From contig JBATPF010000323.1 of NCBI GenBank assembly GCA_049291355.1, positions 1-37,509 of the forward strand: DNA of 37,509 bases, written 5' to 3'. Numbering within the stretch: position 1 is the first letter of the stretch; the number at the start of each line of letters is the position of its first letter. The notes under the pieces are model-generated. The model saw nothing but the letters and a program-made list of their open reading frames with translations, had not been told where the DNA came from and did no database searches. This document shows, in pieces, positions 28,239 to 37,509 of the stretch. This DNA comes from Giesbergeria sp. GTDB taxonomy: Bacteria; Pseudomonadota; Gammaproteobacteria; Burkholderiales; Burkholderiaceae_C. Made by a program: the position numbers and the translations under genes.

Positions 28239-30503
28239 ATGTCTGTTGCTCAAAATTTTGGAAAACTGTTCAATCGCACTCCGGCCGCTACCGACGACGG
28301 CGCACTGTCGGGTGAGCAAGGCGCTACGGGGCCTGTCATGATCGATCCGCTGCGTGAGCACTATCCGGGCGATGCGCTTAACAGTGTGCAGGGGAGTCCC
28401 GATCCCGCAGACGTGGAACTTCCGGAATCGTCCATCGATCGCATCTCTTTGCCTTTGTTGGGGGAGGCCACGGCAGCAGAGCATCAGCGCAGACTGCTGA
28501 TGCTTTTGGCGTTGGGCGTGGTTTTGTTGGCATTGATTGCCGGCTGGGTTTTGCGCCAGTCCGAGCGGTCGGCGCAGCAATTGGCGGCCACCGGACAGTC
28601 GCTGATGCAGTCTCAGCGCCTTGCCAAATCGGTTTCTCAGGCCTTGGTGGGTAGCCCCCAGGCTTTCCCCGATGTGGTGGAGAGTTCGGGGGTGCTGGCC
28701 CGCAACGTGCGCGCTCTGCAGGCTGGCGACAGCGAACTGGGCGTGCAAGAGCTCGGCGTCAGCTATCAATCCGACCTCCAATCGATTCAGCCTTTGATGG
28801 AGCGGGCCGAACGCAATTCCACTGTTGTGATGGGCCAGCAGAAAATTCTTACGCAGGTGGGTGATGCGCTGCGCACCATCAACCGCCAGTCTTCCGATCT
28901 TCTCGAGATTGCCGAAACCGTGTCGTCGCTCAAGCTGCAGCAAAATGCGCCGGCTTCAGAAATTTCAGCGGCTGGGCAGCTTGTGATGCTGACGCAACGC
29001 ATCGGCAAATCGGCCAACGAGTTTCAGACCACCGAGGGGGTAAGCCCGGAGGCGGTGTTTCTGCTGGGCAAGGACTTGAATTCGTTCAAGGAAATCGCGC
29101 AGGGGCTGCTCGATGGCAGTCCGGAGTTGCGTTTGAGTGCGACGCGTGACGCGCAGACGCGCGAGCAACTCACCGCACTCATCAAGCTGTATGAAGAAAC
29201 GCGCACGCAGGCCAGCGCCATTCTTGGCAACCTGCAGGGTTTGGTCTCGGCGCGTGAAGCGCAAACCGCCATCATCGGCGACAGCGAACCGCTGCGTCGC
29301 CAGCTCGAAGCTCTCCAAAACCGCCTCACGGCACAGACCGGCATGGGTGCCGGGCAACTCGCTGCGCTGGTGTTGGCCGGTCTTTTTGTGATCTTGTGCG
29401 GCGTGGGTATCTCCCGTGTGCAATTGCTTGACAGCCGCAGTCGCCAGCAGGCTGCGGAAGCGCAGCACCGGGATGCGCAACGCCAGGAGCACGAGGCCAA
29501 GCGCATCAACGACGCCAATCAGGCCGCGATTTTGCGACTCATGAACGAGCTGCAGTCCGTCGCTGAGGGCGACCTGACCCAGGAAGCCACAGTGACCGAA
29601 GACATCACCGGCGCCATTGCCGACTCGGTCAACTACACCGTGGAAGAGTTGCGGCAAATTGTGGGCAGCGTGCAAAACACGGCGACACGCGTGGCACAGA
29701 CCACGGCGCTGGTGGACAACACGTCTACCGAACTGCTCGCTGCCTCGACGGAACAACTGCGCGAAATTCGCGAAACGGGTCGCTCGGTGCTGGACATGGC
29801 GTCTCGCATCAACGAAGTATCTACCCAGGCGCAGGAATCGGCCACGGTGGCACGCCAGTCGCTGCAGGCCGCTGACTCGGGTCTGCAGGCTGTGCAGAAC
29901 GCCATCGGCGGTATGAACTCCATCCGCGATCAGATTCAAGACACCTCCAAGCGGATCAAACGCCTGGGCGAGTCGTCGCAGGAGATTGGCGAAATCACTG
30001 AGCTGATTTCGGACATTACCGAGCAGACCAACGTGCTGGCCTTGAACGCCGCCATTCAGGCTGCATCAGCTGGCGAAGCCGGACGCGGATTCTCGGTGGT
30101 GGCGGAAGAAGTGCAGCGTCTGGCTGAGCGTTCCGGGGATGCCACGCGCCAGATTTCTGCCCTGGTGAAAGCCATTCAGACCGATACGCAGGACGCGGTG
30201 GCCGCCATGGAACGATCCACGCAGGGTGTAGTGGAAGGGGCGCGACTGTCTGACAGCGCCGGTACGGCCCTGTCGGAGATTGATCGGGTGTCCCGACGCC
30301 TCGCCGAGCTGATCGAGTCGATTTCCTCGTCCACTTCGCGCGAAGCCACATTGGCCAACGAAGTGGCAGACAACATTCAGCACATTTTTGCCGTGACCGA
30401 GCAAACAGGCGAAGGCACCCGCACCACCGCTCAGCAGGTTCGCGAGCTCTCCACGATGGCGGAAGAGCTGCGCCAATCTGTTGCGCGTTTCAAGATTGCC
30501 TGA
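28239..30503 (+). CDS. pilJ: Methyl-accepting chemotaxis protein PilJ
   Basis: Two TM segments around a periplasmic domain (SQRLAK, LTQRIGK), HAMP-like GDLT...[12 protein letters not shown] tip [35 protein letters not shown]. Confidence 0.95.
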   Translation: MSVAQNFGKLFNRTPAATDDGALSGEQGATGPVMIDPLREHYPGDALNSVQGSPDPADVELPESSIDRISLPLLGEATAAEHQRRLLMLLALGVVLLALIAGWVLRQSERSAQQLAATGQSLMQSQRLAKSVSQALVGSPQAFPDVVESSGVLARNVRALQAGDSELGVQELGVSYQSDLQSIQPLMERAERNSTVVMGQQKILTQVGDALRTINRQSSDLLEIAETVSSLKLQQNAPASEISAAGQLVMLTQRIGKSANEFQTTEGVSPEAVFLLGKDLNSFKEIAQGLLDGSPELRLSATRDAQTREQLTALIKLYEETRTQASAILGNLQGLVSAREAQTAIIGDSEPLRRQLEALQNRLTAQTGMGAGQLAALVLAGLFVILCGVGISRVQLLDSRSRQQAAEAQHRDAQRQEHEAKRINDANQAAILRLMNELQSVAEGDLTQEATVTEDITGAIADSVNYTVEELRQIVGSVQNTATRVAQTTALVDNTSTELLAASTEQLREIRETGRSVLDMASRINEVSTQAQESATVARQSLQAADSGLQAVQNAIGGMNSIRDQIQDTSKRIKRLGESSQEIGEITELISDITEQTNVLALNAAIQAASAGEAGRGFSVVAEEVQRLAERSGDATRQISALVKAIQTDTQDAVAAMERSTQGVVEGARLSDSAGTALSEIDRVSRRLAELIESISSSTSREATLANEVADNIQHIFAVTEQTGEGTRTTAQQVRELSTMAEELRQSVARFKIA

Positions 30504-30550
30504 TCTCTGTCTGACTATTGAACAGGCCGCGCGCCGCCGGGAACGAATCC

Positions 30551-33500
30551 ATGTTGCCAAATGATGTCGCCAACGTTGCCGTAGCCGAGGGTGGGCACGG
30601 CGAACTGGACCTGGGGCCTTTGGCCTGGGTGCTGGACGAATTGCGCAAGTCGCTCGACGGAGCCGTCAAAGCCCTGCGGCGATTTGTATACGACGCAGAG
30701 ATCGCGCGCGAGTCTGACCTCGCCACCCTCGACGCCGCCACCTTGCGCATGGCACGCCAGCAGCTACACCAGGCCAGCGGTGCGCTGGAGATGGTGGGTA
30801 TGACGGCGCCTGCCCTGTTGCTGCATGCCATGGAAAATGCGGTGCAGCGCTTTGTGCAGCGCCCGGAGCTTTGCACCGACGACGCCGCCGGTGCCATTGA
30901 GCGTGCCAGCTTTGCCCTGAGCGAATACCTTGAAATTGTGTTGGCAGGCAAGGCAGTCTCGCCGGTCGCGCTGTTCCCTCAGTACCGCGACGTCCAGGCC
31001 TTGACCGGGGCCGAGCGGGTCCATCCGGCCGACCTGTGGCCCGCCGAGCGGCGTTTTCGCGAGCCCGATTTTGCGATTTCGCAGGCGCCCGTTGCCTATA
31101 GCCCGGAAACGCGAAGCCGGCTTGACCAGGCGGTGCTGCGCATTGTCAAGGACGGTGATTTCGAAGCTGCCCGTGATTTGACGGATCTGTCACTGGGTCT
31201 GGCAGCCGCCCAGGAAGATCGCCAGGGCCGCGCCTTCTGGAAGATCTGTGCGGCATTTTTCGACGCTTTTTCTCGCGGCATGTTTGTCGCCGACGTGTAT
31301 GTGAAGCGCGTGGCATCGCGCGTGCTCATGCAGTACGCGGCGCTGGCGCGCGGGGAGGACGCGATTGCGGACCGTCTGGTGCAGGATGTGCTGTTCTTCT
31401 GCGCTCAGGCGAGACCGAGCGAGGGGGAATCGCTGCCGCTTTTGGCTGCGGTGCGCCAGTCTTTTGGCCTGCAACGCTTTCAGCCGGTCGACTATGAAGC
31501 TAGGCGCTTTGGGCGTTTCGATCCCGCCGTTCTTGCGCAGGCACGCAAGCGCATTGCGGCTGCCGCAGAAACCTGGTCGGCACTTGCTGGCGGGGACCGC
31601 AACAAGCTCAAGCCTGCGGCGGATCAGTTCAGCCTGGTCTGCGATTCCCTGCGCAAACTCAACCGCAACAGCGAAAGTCTCGCTCAGGCACTGACGCGCA
31701 CGCTGGATCAGACCGTGCGCTCGGCCGAGCCGCCTTCGGCCGCATTGGCCATGGAGGTTGCGACCTCTGTTCTATATTTGCAGGCGGCGCTCGACGAGAC
31801 GGACACGGCCGACGATCAGTTGGTTGCACGTGCAGGGCATTTGGCGCAGCGACTGGACCGAGTGAGCGCTGGGAAGGAGCCAGAGCCTCTTGAGTCGTGG
31901 ATGGAGGATCTGTATCGCCGTGTCAGCGATCACCAGACCATGGGCAGCGTCGTCGATGAATTGCGCGTCACCTTGGGCGAAGCGGAACGCTCCATGGACC
32001 AGTTTTTCCGAAATCCCGAAGACACTGCGCCGCTGGCTGCGGTGCCGAGCCGTTTGGCGCAGATGCGCGGCGTGCTTTCGGTGCTCGGGCTCGATCAGGC
32101 CTCACTTGCCGTGCTGCGAATGCGCGATACGGTCGAGCGGCTGCTGATCGGCGATGTGGTGGACCCCGACGAGCGCAAAGCACTCTTTGAAAGACTCGGC
32201 AACAGCCTGGGTGCGCTGGGTTTCATGATTGACATGCTCAGTTACCAGCGTGCCATGGCGCGCAAACTGTTTGTCTATGACGAGGAACTGGGCGAGCTTC
32301 GGTTGATTGCTGGACGTGCACGCACGCGTGCTACGGACAGCGCAGTCGACGCGGAAGATGTGGCGCACAAGGTGGAAGAGCGTGCTGCGGTGCCTCTTCC
32401 CGACGTGGTTCCGAGGGTTGATACACACGCGACTCTTGCAGCACCCTCCCCAGAGGCCAGTCCCGAATTGCCACCGGTGGAAACTGCATCGGTCCCGACG
32501 ACAGAGATGTCTGTCGAAGGAAGCCTTACGCCGCCTGATGCGGTTTTGGCTGCGGCCTCGGCTGAGCCGGCCGCCGCCCAGATTCATGTGCGCGGGCCGG
32601 AAGTCGAGGACGAACTGCTTGAGATCTTTCTTGAAGAGGCTCGTGAAGTGGTGGAGAACGGCCTGGGCGCTGTGTCTGCCTTGCAAGCTGCGCCTGGGGA
32701 TTTGAGCGAACAAACCACCTTGCGCCGGGCGTTCCATACCCTGAAGGGCAGCTCGCGCATGGTGGGGCTGAACAATTTCGGTGAGGCTGCCTGGTCCATG
32801 GAGCAGCTGCTCAACGCATGGCTTGCCGAGCAAAAGCCAATGGAGCCCCCTTTACTGGAGATTTCTCGCCAAGCCTTGGACGGTTTCGGTCGCTGGGCTC
32901 TGGACATTGCGGCCGGCGACGACTCGGCCTGGGATGTCAACGCCTTCCGCAGCGTGGCCGAAGCCATGCGCCTGGAGGGCAATGTGCTTCCCCTTGTTTT
33001 GCCGCCTGCGCGCGGCAGTGCCGAGGGGCTCGCCGAACCGGTTGAGCAGCCTGGGCTGGACAGCGCCGCCAATGAGGCGATTGCCTTGTCTGCAGATGTC
33101 CTGCCCACGGCAGATGCACTTGCATTCCCAGAAGTTGAGCCAGTCGCGCAAGTTGAAACGGCGACCGAGCTTGCCTCCAGCCAGATCAGCGCCGAGCATC
33201 TAGCCCCCGTCCTGGGCGATTCGGTGGATGCGGCCGACACCGCGCAGGAGCCGATACCACTCGTTTCGGGAAGCGACATCGATTTCGCTGAGTTTGAAGC
33301 GGCCCTCGAGGCATCGGATGTGGAAAGCGGAGAACGCTCCGGGCAGCCGGCCGCGTTGGACGCGACAGAGCGCGAAGAAGACGTGGTGCAGTTCAACGAA
33401 CCTGCGCTTGATTTGATTTCCGTTGAACAGGTTGACGAGACTCAATCCGTCGAGCGCATTGAATTGCCGCTTGTGGCAGACACCGATGTCTCTGGCGAGG

Positions 33501-36500
33501 CTGCTGAGCCGTTCCCAGAGCTACCAGCGGAGGATCTGCCTCAAGGCGATGCAGCCAGCACAGACGACAACGTCAAGCTCATTGGCGACCTGAGTATCGG
33601 CATCCCCCTCTACAACGTTTATCTCAACGAAGCCGACGAATGGTCGCGTCGGTTGACCACCTGCCTGCAGGAATGGGAACTTGAACTGCACGAGTGCTTG
33701 CCAGACACGGCAGTCGCCTTGGCGCACTCGCTGGCAGGCAGTTCTGCGACGGTGGGCTTTGATGCCCTGTCCCAAACGGCACGGTTGCTTGAACACGCGC
33801 TGGAGCACGTGCAACTGCAGCCCATGGGTGAACCGGAGCAGGCAGCGGTGTTTCTCCGCGCTGCCGAAGAAGTCCGCCGTCTGCTGCACCAGTTTGCTGC
33901 CGGATTTCTCAAGGAGCCCGATGCACAGGTGCTGCAGGACCTGCGCGAGATTCTGGAAACTGAGGTCAGCACGACGCTCTCGCCCTCACTGCCCGACATG
34001 GACGCCCAAGCTGAGGCCCGCTCTGAGAAAGAACCTGCAGCACAAGAGCCGCTAGTGCAGGGCACAGCGCCTGAAGCGTCTGAAGCGCATCAGGGGTCGG
34101 CGGAGCTGGGTGATTGGCGGGAGGCAGAGCCGGTAGAAGCGCTTGTCCCCGCCGAAGCTCAGCCGCCCGTGGTGGGCACTGTCGTTCCCGCGCTTTCCGT
34201 CCCAGTGCGCGATCGCGAGCAGCAGATCGATGACGCGATCTCCCGAGCCATGAGTCTCGGGTCTGATCTCGACGACGACATTGATGCTCTGGACGTCATC
34301 GATCCCGACCTCTTTCCGATTTTCGAGGAAGAGGCCGCCGAGCTGTTGCCGCATTTGGGCGGCGCTTTGCGGCAGTGGGCTGCTCGCCCTGACAACCTGG
34401 GCGCGCGCAGCGAGGTGTTGCGGGCATTGCACACGCTCAAAGGAAGTTCGCGTCTTGCGGGTGCAATGCGGCTTGGAGAAATGGCCCACCGCCTCGAATC
34501 TGCCATCGAAGCGCTCGACGCAGAAGCCGTAAGCTCGGAGGAGATCGAGCCGCTGCTGGGGAGCTTCGATGCGCTGCAGGCGAACTTCAGGGTGTTGCGC
34601 GCCGTCGATGGCGAGTTGAAGGACGACGCGGCAGAACCGCTTGCGGCCGCCAACGCGGCGCCTGGCCAAACCCCTGACGAAGCCGAAACGCCGAGCAGCC
34701 GGGTCCAGCCCTCGGTCCTTGTGCGTCCGCTTGGCGCTCCCAAGGCATCGACTGCGCGTGCCGCGGCCCAACACTCGGTCCGCGTGCGCGCTCAATTGCT
34801 CGATCGGCTCGTCAATCAGGCAGGCGAGGTGATGATCACCCGCTCACGACTGGAGTCGCGACTGGGGCTGCTCAAAGGCTCGATGGGCGATCTCTCGATC
34901 AACCTTGACCGCCTGCGTCAGCAACTGCGAGACATTGAAGTGCAGTCCGAATCGCAGATGCAGTCGCGTCTGGCCTTGTCAAAGGACAGTGCAGCGGGTT
35001 TCGACCCTCTCGAATTCGATCGCTTTACGCGGGTTCAGGAACTGACCCGCATGATGGCGGAATCGGTCAATGACGTGGCGACCGTACAGCGCAACCTGCA
35101 GCGCGTGGTGGAAGGAACCGAGGACGATTTGATCGCCCAGGGTCGGCAGGCGCGGGAGCTGCAACGCGATTTGCTGCGCACCCGCATGGTGGAATTCGAG
35201 GGCATTGCAGAGCGGCTGTACGCGGTGGTGCGCCAGTCGTCCAAGGAAACCGGCAAACAGATCAAGCTGGACATCACCGGCGGCTCCATCGAAATGGACC
35301 GCGGCGTGCTGGACCGCATGACGCCTGCCTTCGAGCACCTGCTGCGAAACTGTGTGGCGCACGGCATCGAATTGCCCGATGTGCGCACGGCTGCTGGCAA
35401 GCCTGCCATGGGCACGGTCAGTGTGGCTTTGCGCCATGAGGGCAACGACGTTTCTGTCGAATTCCGGGACGACGGCGCGGGCCTCGACCTCGCGGCGATC
35501 CGAAGCCGTGCGGTTGCACAGGGCATCATTGCTTCGCCGTCCGATGCCAGCGACGAAGAAGCGGCCAACCTGATCTTCATGCCGGGTTTCACCACAGCAA
35601 GCGAAGTCACAGAATTGTCCGGCCGCGGAATCGGGATGGACGTGGTGCGTGCCGAGGTTCAGGCCCTGGGCGGCCGTATCGAGACCCATAGTGCGGCGGG
35701 CGCCGGTGCGGCCTTCCGCATGGTTCTTCCGCTCACGACGGCGGTGACGCAGGTGGTCATGCTGCGCGCTGGCGAACTCGCATTTGGTGTGCCAGCCAAT
35801 GTCGTTGAACTGGTTCGCCGGGTGCCCGTAGCCGATATCGAGGCGGCCTACAAAACGGGTCAGTTTGACGTTGCGGGCGAGAGCGTTCCTTTCTTCTGGG
35901 CCGGGGCCCTTCTGCAGGCGTCCAGGCGCAGCCAGGAAGGTGCGGGCAAGACGCGTCCGGTGGTCATCTTCCGCAGTGCCTCGCAGCGAATTGCGATGCA
36001 CGTGGACGACGTGCTGGGAAACCAGGAAGCCGTGGTGAAAAACCTCGGGCCACAACTCTCTCGGCTGCCCGGGTTGGCCGGCATGTCCGTGCTCGCGTCA
36101 GGCGCAGTGGTGCTGATCTACAACCCGGTTGCGTTGGCTACCGTGTATGGAGAGCAACTGCGGGGTCTGCAGGATGCCGAGGCAGCCATCGAACCAAGCA
36201 CCGTGGGCGCCGCAGTTCCGACCGCCGCCCTGGCGCAAGCAGGGAAGGTGCCGTTGGTGCTCGTGGTGGACGATTCAATCACCGTGCGCCGCGTCACGCA
36301 GCGTTTGCTGCTCCGCGAGGGCTACCGCGTGGCGCTCGCTGCCGACGGTCTGCAAGCGCTTGAACGCCTGCAGGAAGAGCGTCCCACGGTGGTGCTGTCG
36401 GACATCGAGATGCCGCGCATGGACGGCTTCGACCTGGCGCGCAATATCCGTGCCGATGCCACGCTGCGCGATCTTCCCATCGTCATGATCACTTCGCGCA

Positions 36501-36637
36501 TTGCACAAAAGCACCGTGATCACGCGATCGAACTGGGCGTCAACCACTATCTTGGCAAGCCTTACTCCGACGAGGAATTGCTCAGCCTGGTCAGGCACTA
36601 CGCCCAGGCTGTCACGGATGAGGTGGTGAGCGCCTGA
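30551..36637 (+). CDS. chpA: CheA-like hybrid kinase ChpA (multi-Hpt, HATPase, CheW, REC)
   Basis: Hpt motifs LHQASG, FHTLKG, AHSLAG, LHTLKG; VRVRAQLLDRLVN, FDPLEFDR, HLLRNCVAHGIE, DDGAG, SGRGIGMDVV, CheW and C-terminal REC. ATG 30551 preferred over TTG 30518. Confidence 0.95.
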   Translation: MLPNDVANVAVAEGGHGELDLGPLAWVLDELRKSLDGAVKALRRFVYDAEIARESDLATLDAATLRMARQQLHQASGALEMVGMTAPALLLHAMENAVQRFVQRPELCTDDAAGAIERASFALSEYLEIVLAGKAVSPVALFPQYRDVQALTGAERVHPADLWPAERRFREPDFAISQAPVAYSPETRSRLDQAVLRIVKDGDFEAARDLTDLSLGLAAAQEDRQGRAFWKICAAFFDAFSRGMFVADVYVKRVASRVLMQYAALARGEDAIADRLVQDVLFFCAQARPSEGESLPLLAAVRQSFGLQRFQPVDYEARRFGRFDPAVLAQARKRIAAAAETWSALAGGDRNKLKPAADQFSLVCDSLRKLNRNSESLAQALTRTLDQTVRSAEPPSAALAMEVATSVLYLQAALDETDTADDQLVARAGHLAQRLDRVSAGKEPEPLESWMEDLYRRVSDHQTMGSVVDELRVTLGEAERSMDQFFRNPEDTAPLAAVPSRLAQMRGVLSVLGLDQASLAVLRMRDTVERLLIGDVVDPDERKALFERLGNSLGALGFMIDMLSYQRAMARKLFVYDEELGELRLIAGRARTRATDSAVDAEDVAHKVEERAAVPLPDVVPRVDTHATLAAPSPEASPELPPVETASVPTTEMSVEGSLTPPDAVLAAASAEPAAAQIHVRGPEVEDELLEIFLEEAREVVENGLGAVSALQAAPGDLSEQTTLRRAFHTLKGSSRMVGLNNFGEAAWSMEQLLNAWLAEQKPMEPPLLEISRQALDGFGRWALDIAAGDDSAWDVNAFRSVAEAMRLEGNVLPLVLPPARGSAEGLAEPVEQPGLDSAANEAIALSADVLPTADALAFPEVEPVAQVETATELASSQISAEHLAPVLGDSVDAADTAQEPIPLVSGSDIDFAEFEAALEASDVESGERSGQPAALDATEREEDVVQFNEPALDLISVEQVDETQSVERIELPLVADTDVSGEAAEPFPELPAEDLPQGDAASTDDNVKLIGDLSIGIPLYNVYLNEADEWSRRLTTCLQEWELELHECLPDTAVALAHSLAGSSATVGFDALSQTARLLEHALEHVQLQPMGEPEQAAVFLRAAEEVRRLLHQFAAGFLKEPDAQVLQDLREILETEVSTTLSPSLPDMDAQAEARSEKEPAAQEPLVQGTAPEASEAHQGSAELGDWREAEPVEALVPAEAQPPVVGTVVPALSVPVRDREQQIDDAISRAMSLGSDLDDDIDALDVIDPDLFPIFEEEAAELLPHLGGALRQWAARPDNLGARSEVLRALHTLKGSSRLAGAMRLGEMAHRLESAIEALDAEAVSSEEIEPLLGSFDALQANFRVLRAVDGELKDDAAEPLAAANAAPGQTPDEAETPSSRVQPSVLVRPLGAPKASTARAAAQHSVRVRAQLLDRLVNQAGEVMITRSRLESRLGLLKGSMGDLSINLDRLRQQLRDIEVQSESQMQSRLALSKDSAAGFDPLEFDRFTRVQELTRMMAESVNDVATVQRNLQRVVEGTEDDLIAQGRQARELQRDLLRTRMVEFEGIAERLYAVVRQSSKETGKQIKLDITGGSIEMDRGVLDRMTPAFEHLLRNCVAHGIELPDVRTAAGKPAMGTVSVALRHEGNDVSVEFRDDGAGLDLAAIRSRAVAQGIIASPSDASDEEAANLIFMPGFTTASEVTELSGRGIGMDVVRAEVQALGGRIETHSAAGAGAAFRMVLPLTTAVTQVVMLRAGELAFGVPANVVELVRRVPVADIEAAYKTGQFDVAGESVPFFWAGALLQASRRSQEGAGKTRPVVIFRSASQRIAMHVDDVLGNQEAVVKNLGPQLSRLPGLAGMSVLASGAVVLIYNPVALATVYGEQLRGLQDAEAAIEPSTVGAAVPTAALAQAGKVPLVLVVDDSITVRRVTQRLLLREGYRVALAADGLQALERLQEERPTVVLSDIEMPRMDGFDLARNIRADATLRDLPIVMITSRIAQKHRDHAIELGVNHYLGKPYSDEELLSLVRHYAQAVTDEVVSA

Positions 36638-37509
36638 TGGGTGGCGACAGGGAGCAGCCCTTGCATGGCGCGGCGGGGCCGGCTGATGCAATTCTGCTCG
36701 ACCTGCTGACCGCCATGGTCCGCGAGGAGGCTTCCGACCTGTTCCTGATCGCAGGAGCACCTCCTACGGTGCGCCGCCATGGGGAATATCTGGCGCTTAA
36801 GCAAGCCGTTCTGTCTGGGCCGGATATCCAGGCCTTTGCTGCGTCGGTGACGAGTGCAGCGCAGGCGGAGGTGTTTGAAACCCGCAAGGAATGCGACTTG
36901 GCTCTGCAGGTGCCAGGGACAGGGCGCTTTCGTGTCAACCTGCACATGCAGCGGGGACAGCCCGGCATGGTGGTGCGCTATGTTTCGTCGCACATCGCTT
37001 CCATTGAAGCCTTGGGCTTGCCCCCGGCGGTGCAGCAGCTCGCCTTTCTCAAGCGTGGACTGGTACTGGCCGTGGGCGCCGCAGGCGCCGGCAAAACCAC
37101 CACGTTGGCCGCTTTGCTCGACCACCGCAACGCGCGCATTCCGGGTCACATTCTCACCATCGAGGATCCCATCGAGTATGTGCATACGCACCAGCGCTCC
37201 CTGGTGACCCAGCGAGAGGTGGGACTCGATACCTTGTCGTACGACGAAGCCTTGCGCCACGCCATGCGCGAAGCGCCCAGCGTGATCATGATCGGCGAAA
37301 TTCGCGACCGCGAGACCATGCAGCACGCAATGCATTACGCCGAATCCGGCCATCTGTGTGTTTCCACCCTGCATGCCAACAACGCCAGCCAGTCGATTCA
37401 GCGCATCCTCAATTTCTTTCCGGAGACGGCGCACGCGCAAATTCTGCTGGACCTCTCGCTCAATTTGAAGGCAGTGATTGCGCAGCGTCTGCTCCCTGGC
37501 CTGCACACC
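36637..37509 (+). CDS. PilT/PilU-family type IV pilus retraction ATPase, PilU-like (truncated by window edge)
   Basis: Not in ORF track. ATG 36637 overlaps the chpA TGA; open for 291 codons: ASDLFLIAGAPP, GRFRVN, Walker A GAAGAGKTT, ILTIEDPIE, QREVG, IMIGEIRD, GHLCVSTLHANNA, RILNFFP, DLSLNL. Confidence 0.92.
   Translation, partial: MGGDREQPLHGAAGPADAILLDLLTAMVREEASDLFLIAGAPPTVRRHGEYLALKQAVLSGPDIQAFAASVTSAAQAEVFETRKECDLALQVPGTGRFRVNLHMQRGQPGMVVRYVSSHIASIEALGLPPAVQQLAFLKRGLVLAVGAAGAGKTTTLAALLDHRNARIPGHILTIEDPIEYVHTHQRSLVTQREVGLDTLSYDEALRHAMREAPSVIMIGEIRDRETMQHAMHYAESGHLCVSTLHANNASQSIQRILNFFPETAHAQILLDLSLNLKAVIAQRLLPGLHT

Noticed and set aside
36598..37506. 302-aa minus-strand ORF at the right edge
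   Set aside because: Antisense shadow of the PilU-like ATPase on the plus strand.

Overview
GC-rich, core-genome stretch of a betaproteobacterium, most likely Comamonadaceae (Acidovorax/Simplicispira-like), judged from gene order and protein style. Left to right: nrdB (5' fragment) and nrdA with tandem NrdR boxes; a minus-strand ypjD-PP0621-pilS-pilR-ampD operon; ffh; miaB; an exported hypothetical protein; tRNA-Met(CAT); enoyl-CoA hydratase, M61 peptidase, dsbC and a UbiH-family monooxygenase; ychF; a membrane GGDEF protein; yqaA; a degenerate VanX/DdpX-like lipoprotein; dusB-fis-purH; a YihG-like acyltransferase, hemL and a ThiD-like kinase; then rubredoxin-pilG-pilH-pilI-pilJ-chpA followed by a PilU-like ATPase that runs off the window. 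nrdB, rubredoxin and the PilU-like gene are absent from the ORF track and were translated by hand. I found no mobile element, prophage or CRISPR array. The most interesting unexplained signal is a ~65-bp bipartite element (hairpin plus fixed-spacing GCT-N11-AGC) present four times at gene 3' ends, twice supplying the stop codon. Other highlights: a probable pseudo-enzyme lipoprotein, a PilU-like gene coupled to chpA, a likely Fis autoregulatory site and two candidate leaderless mRNAs. All family assignments come from motif recognition, not database searches.
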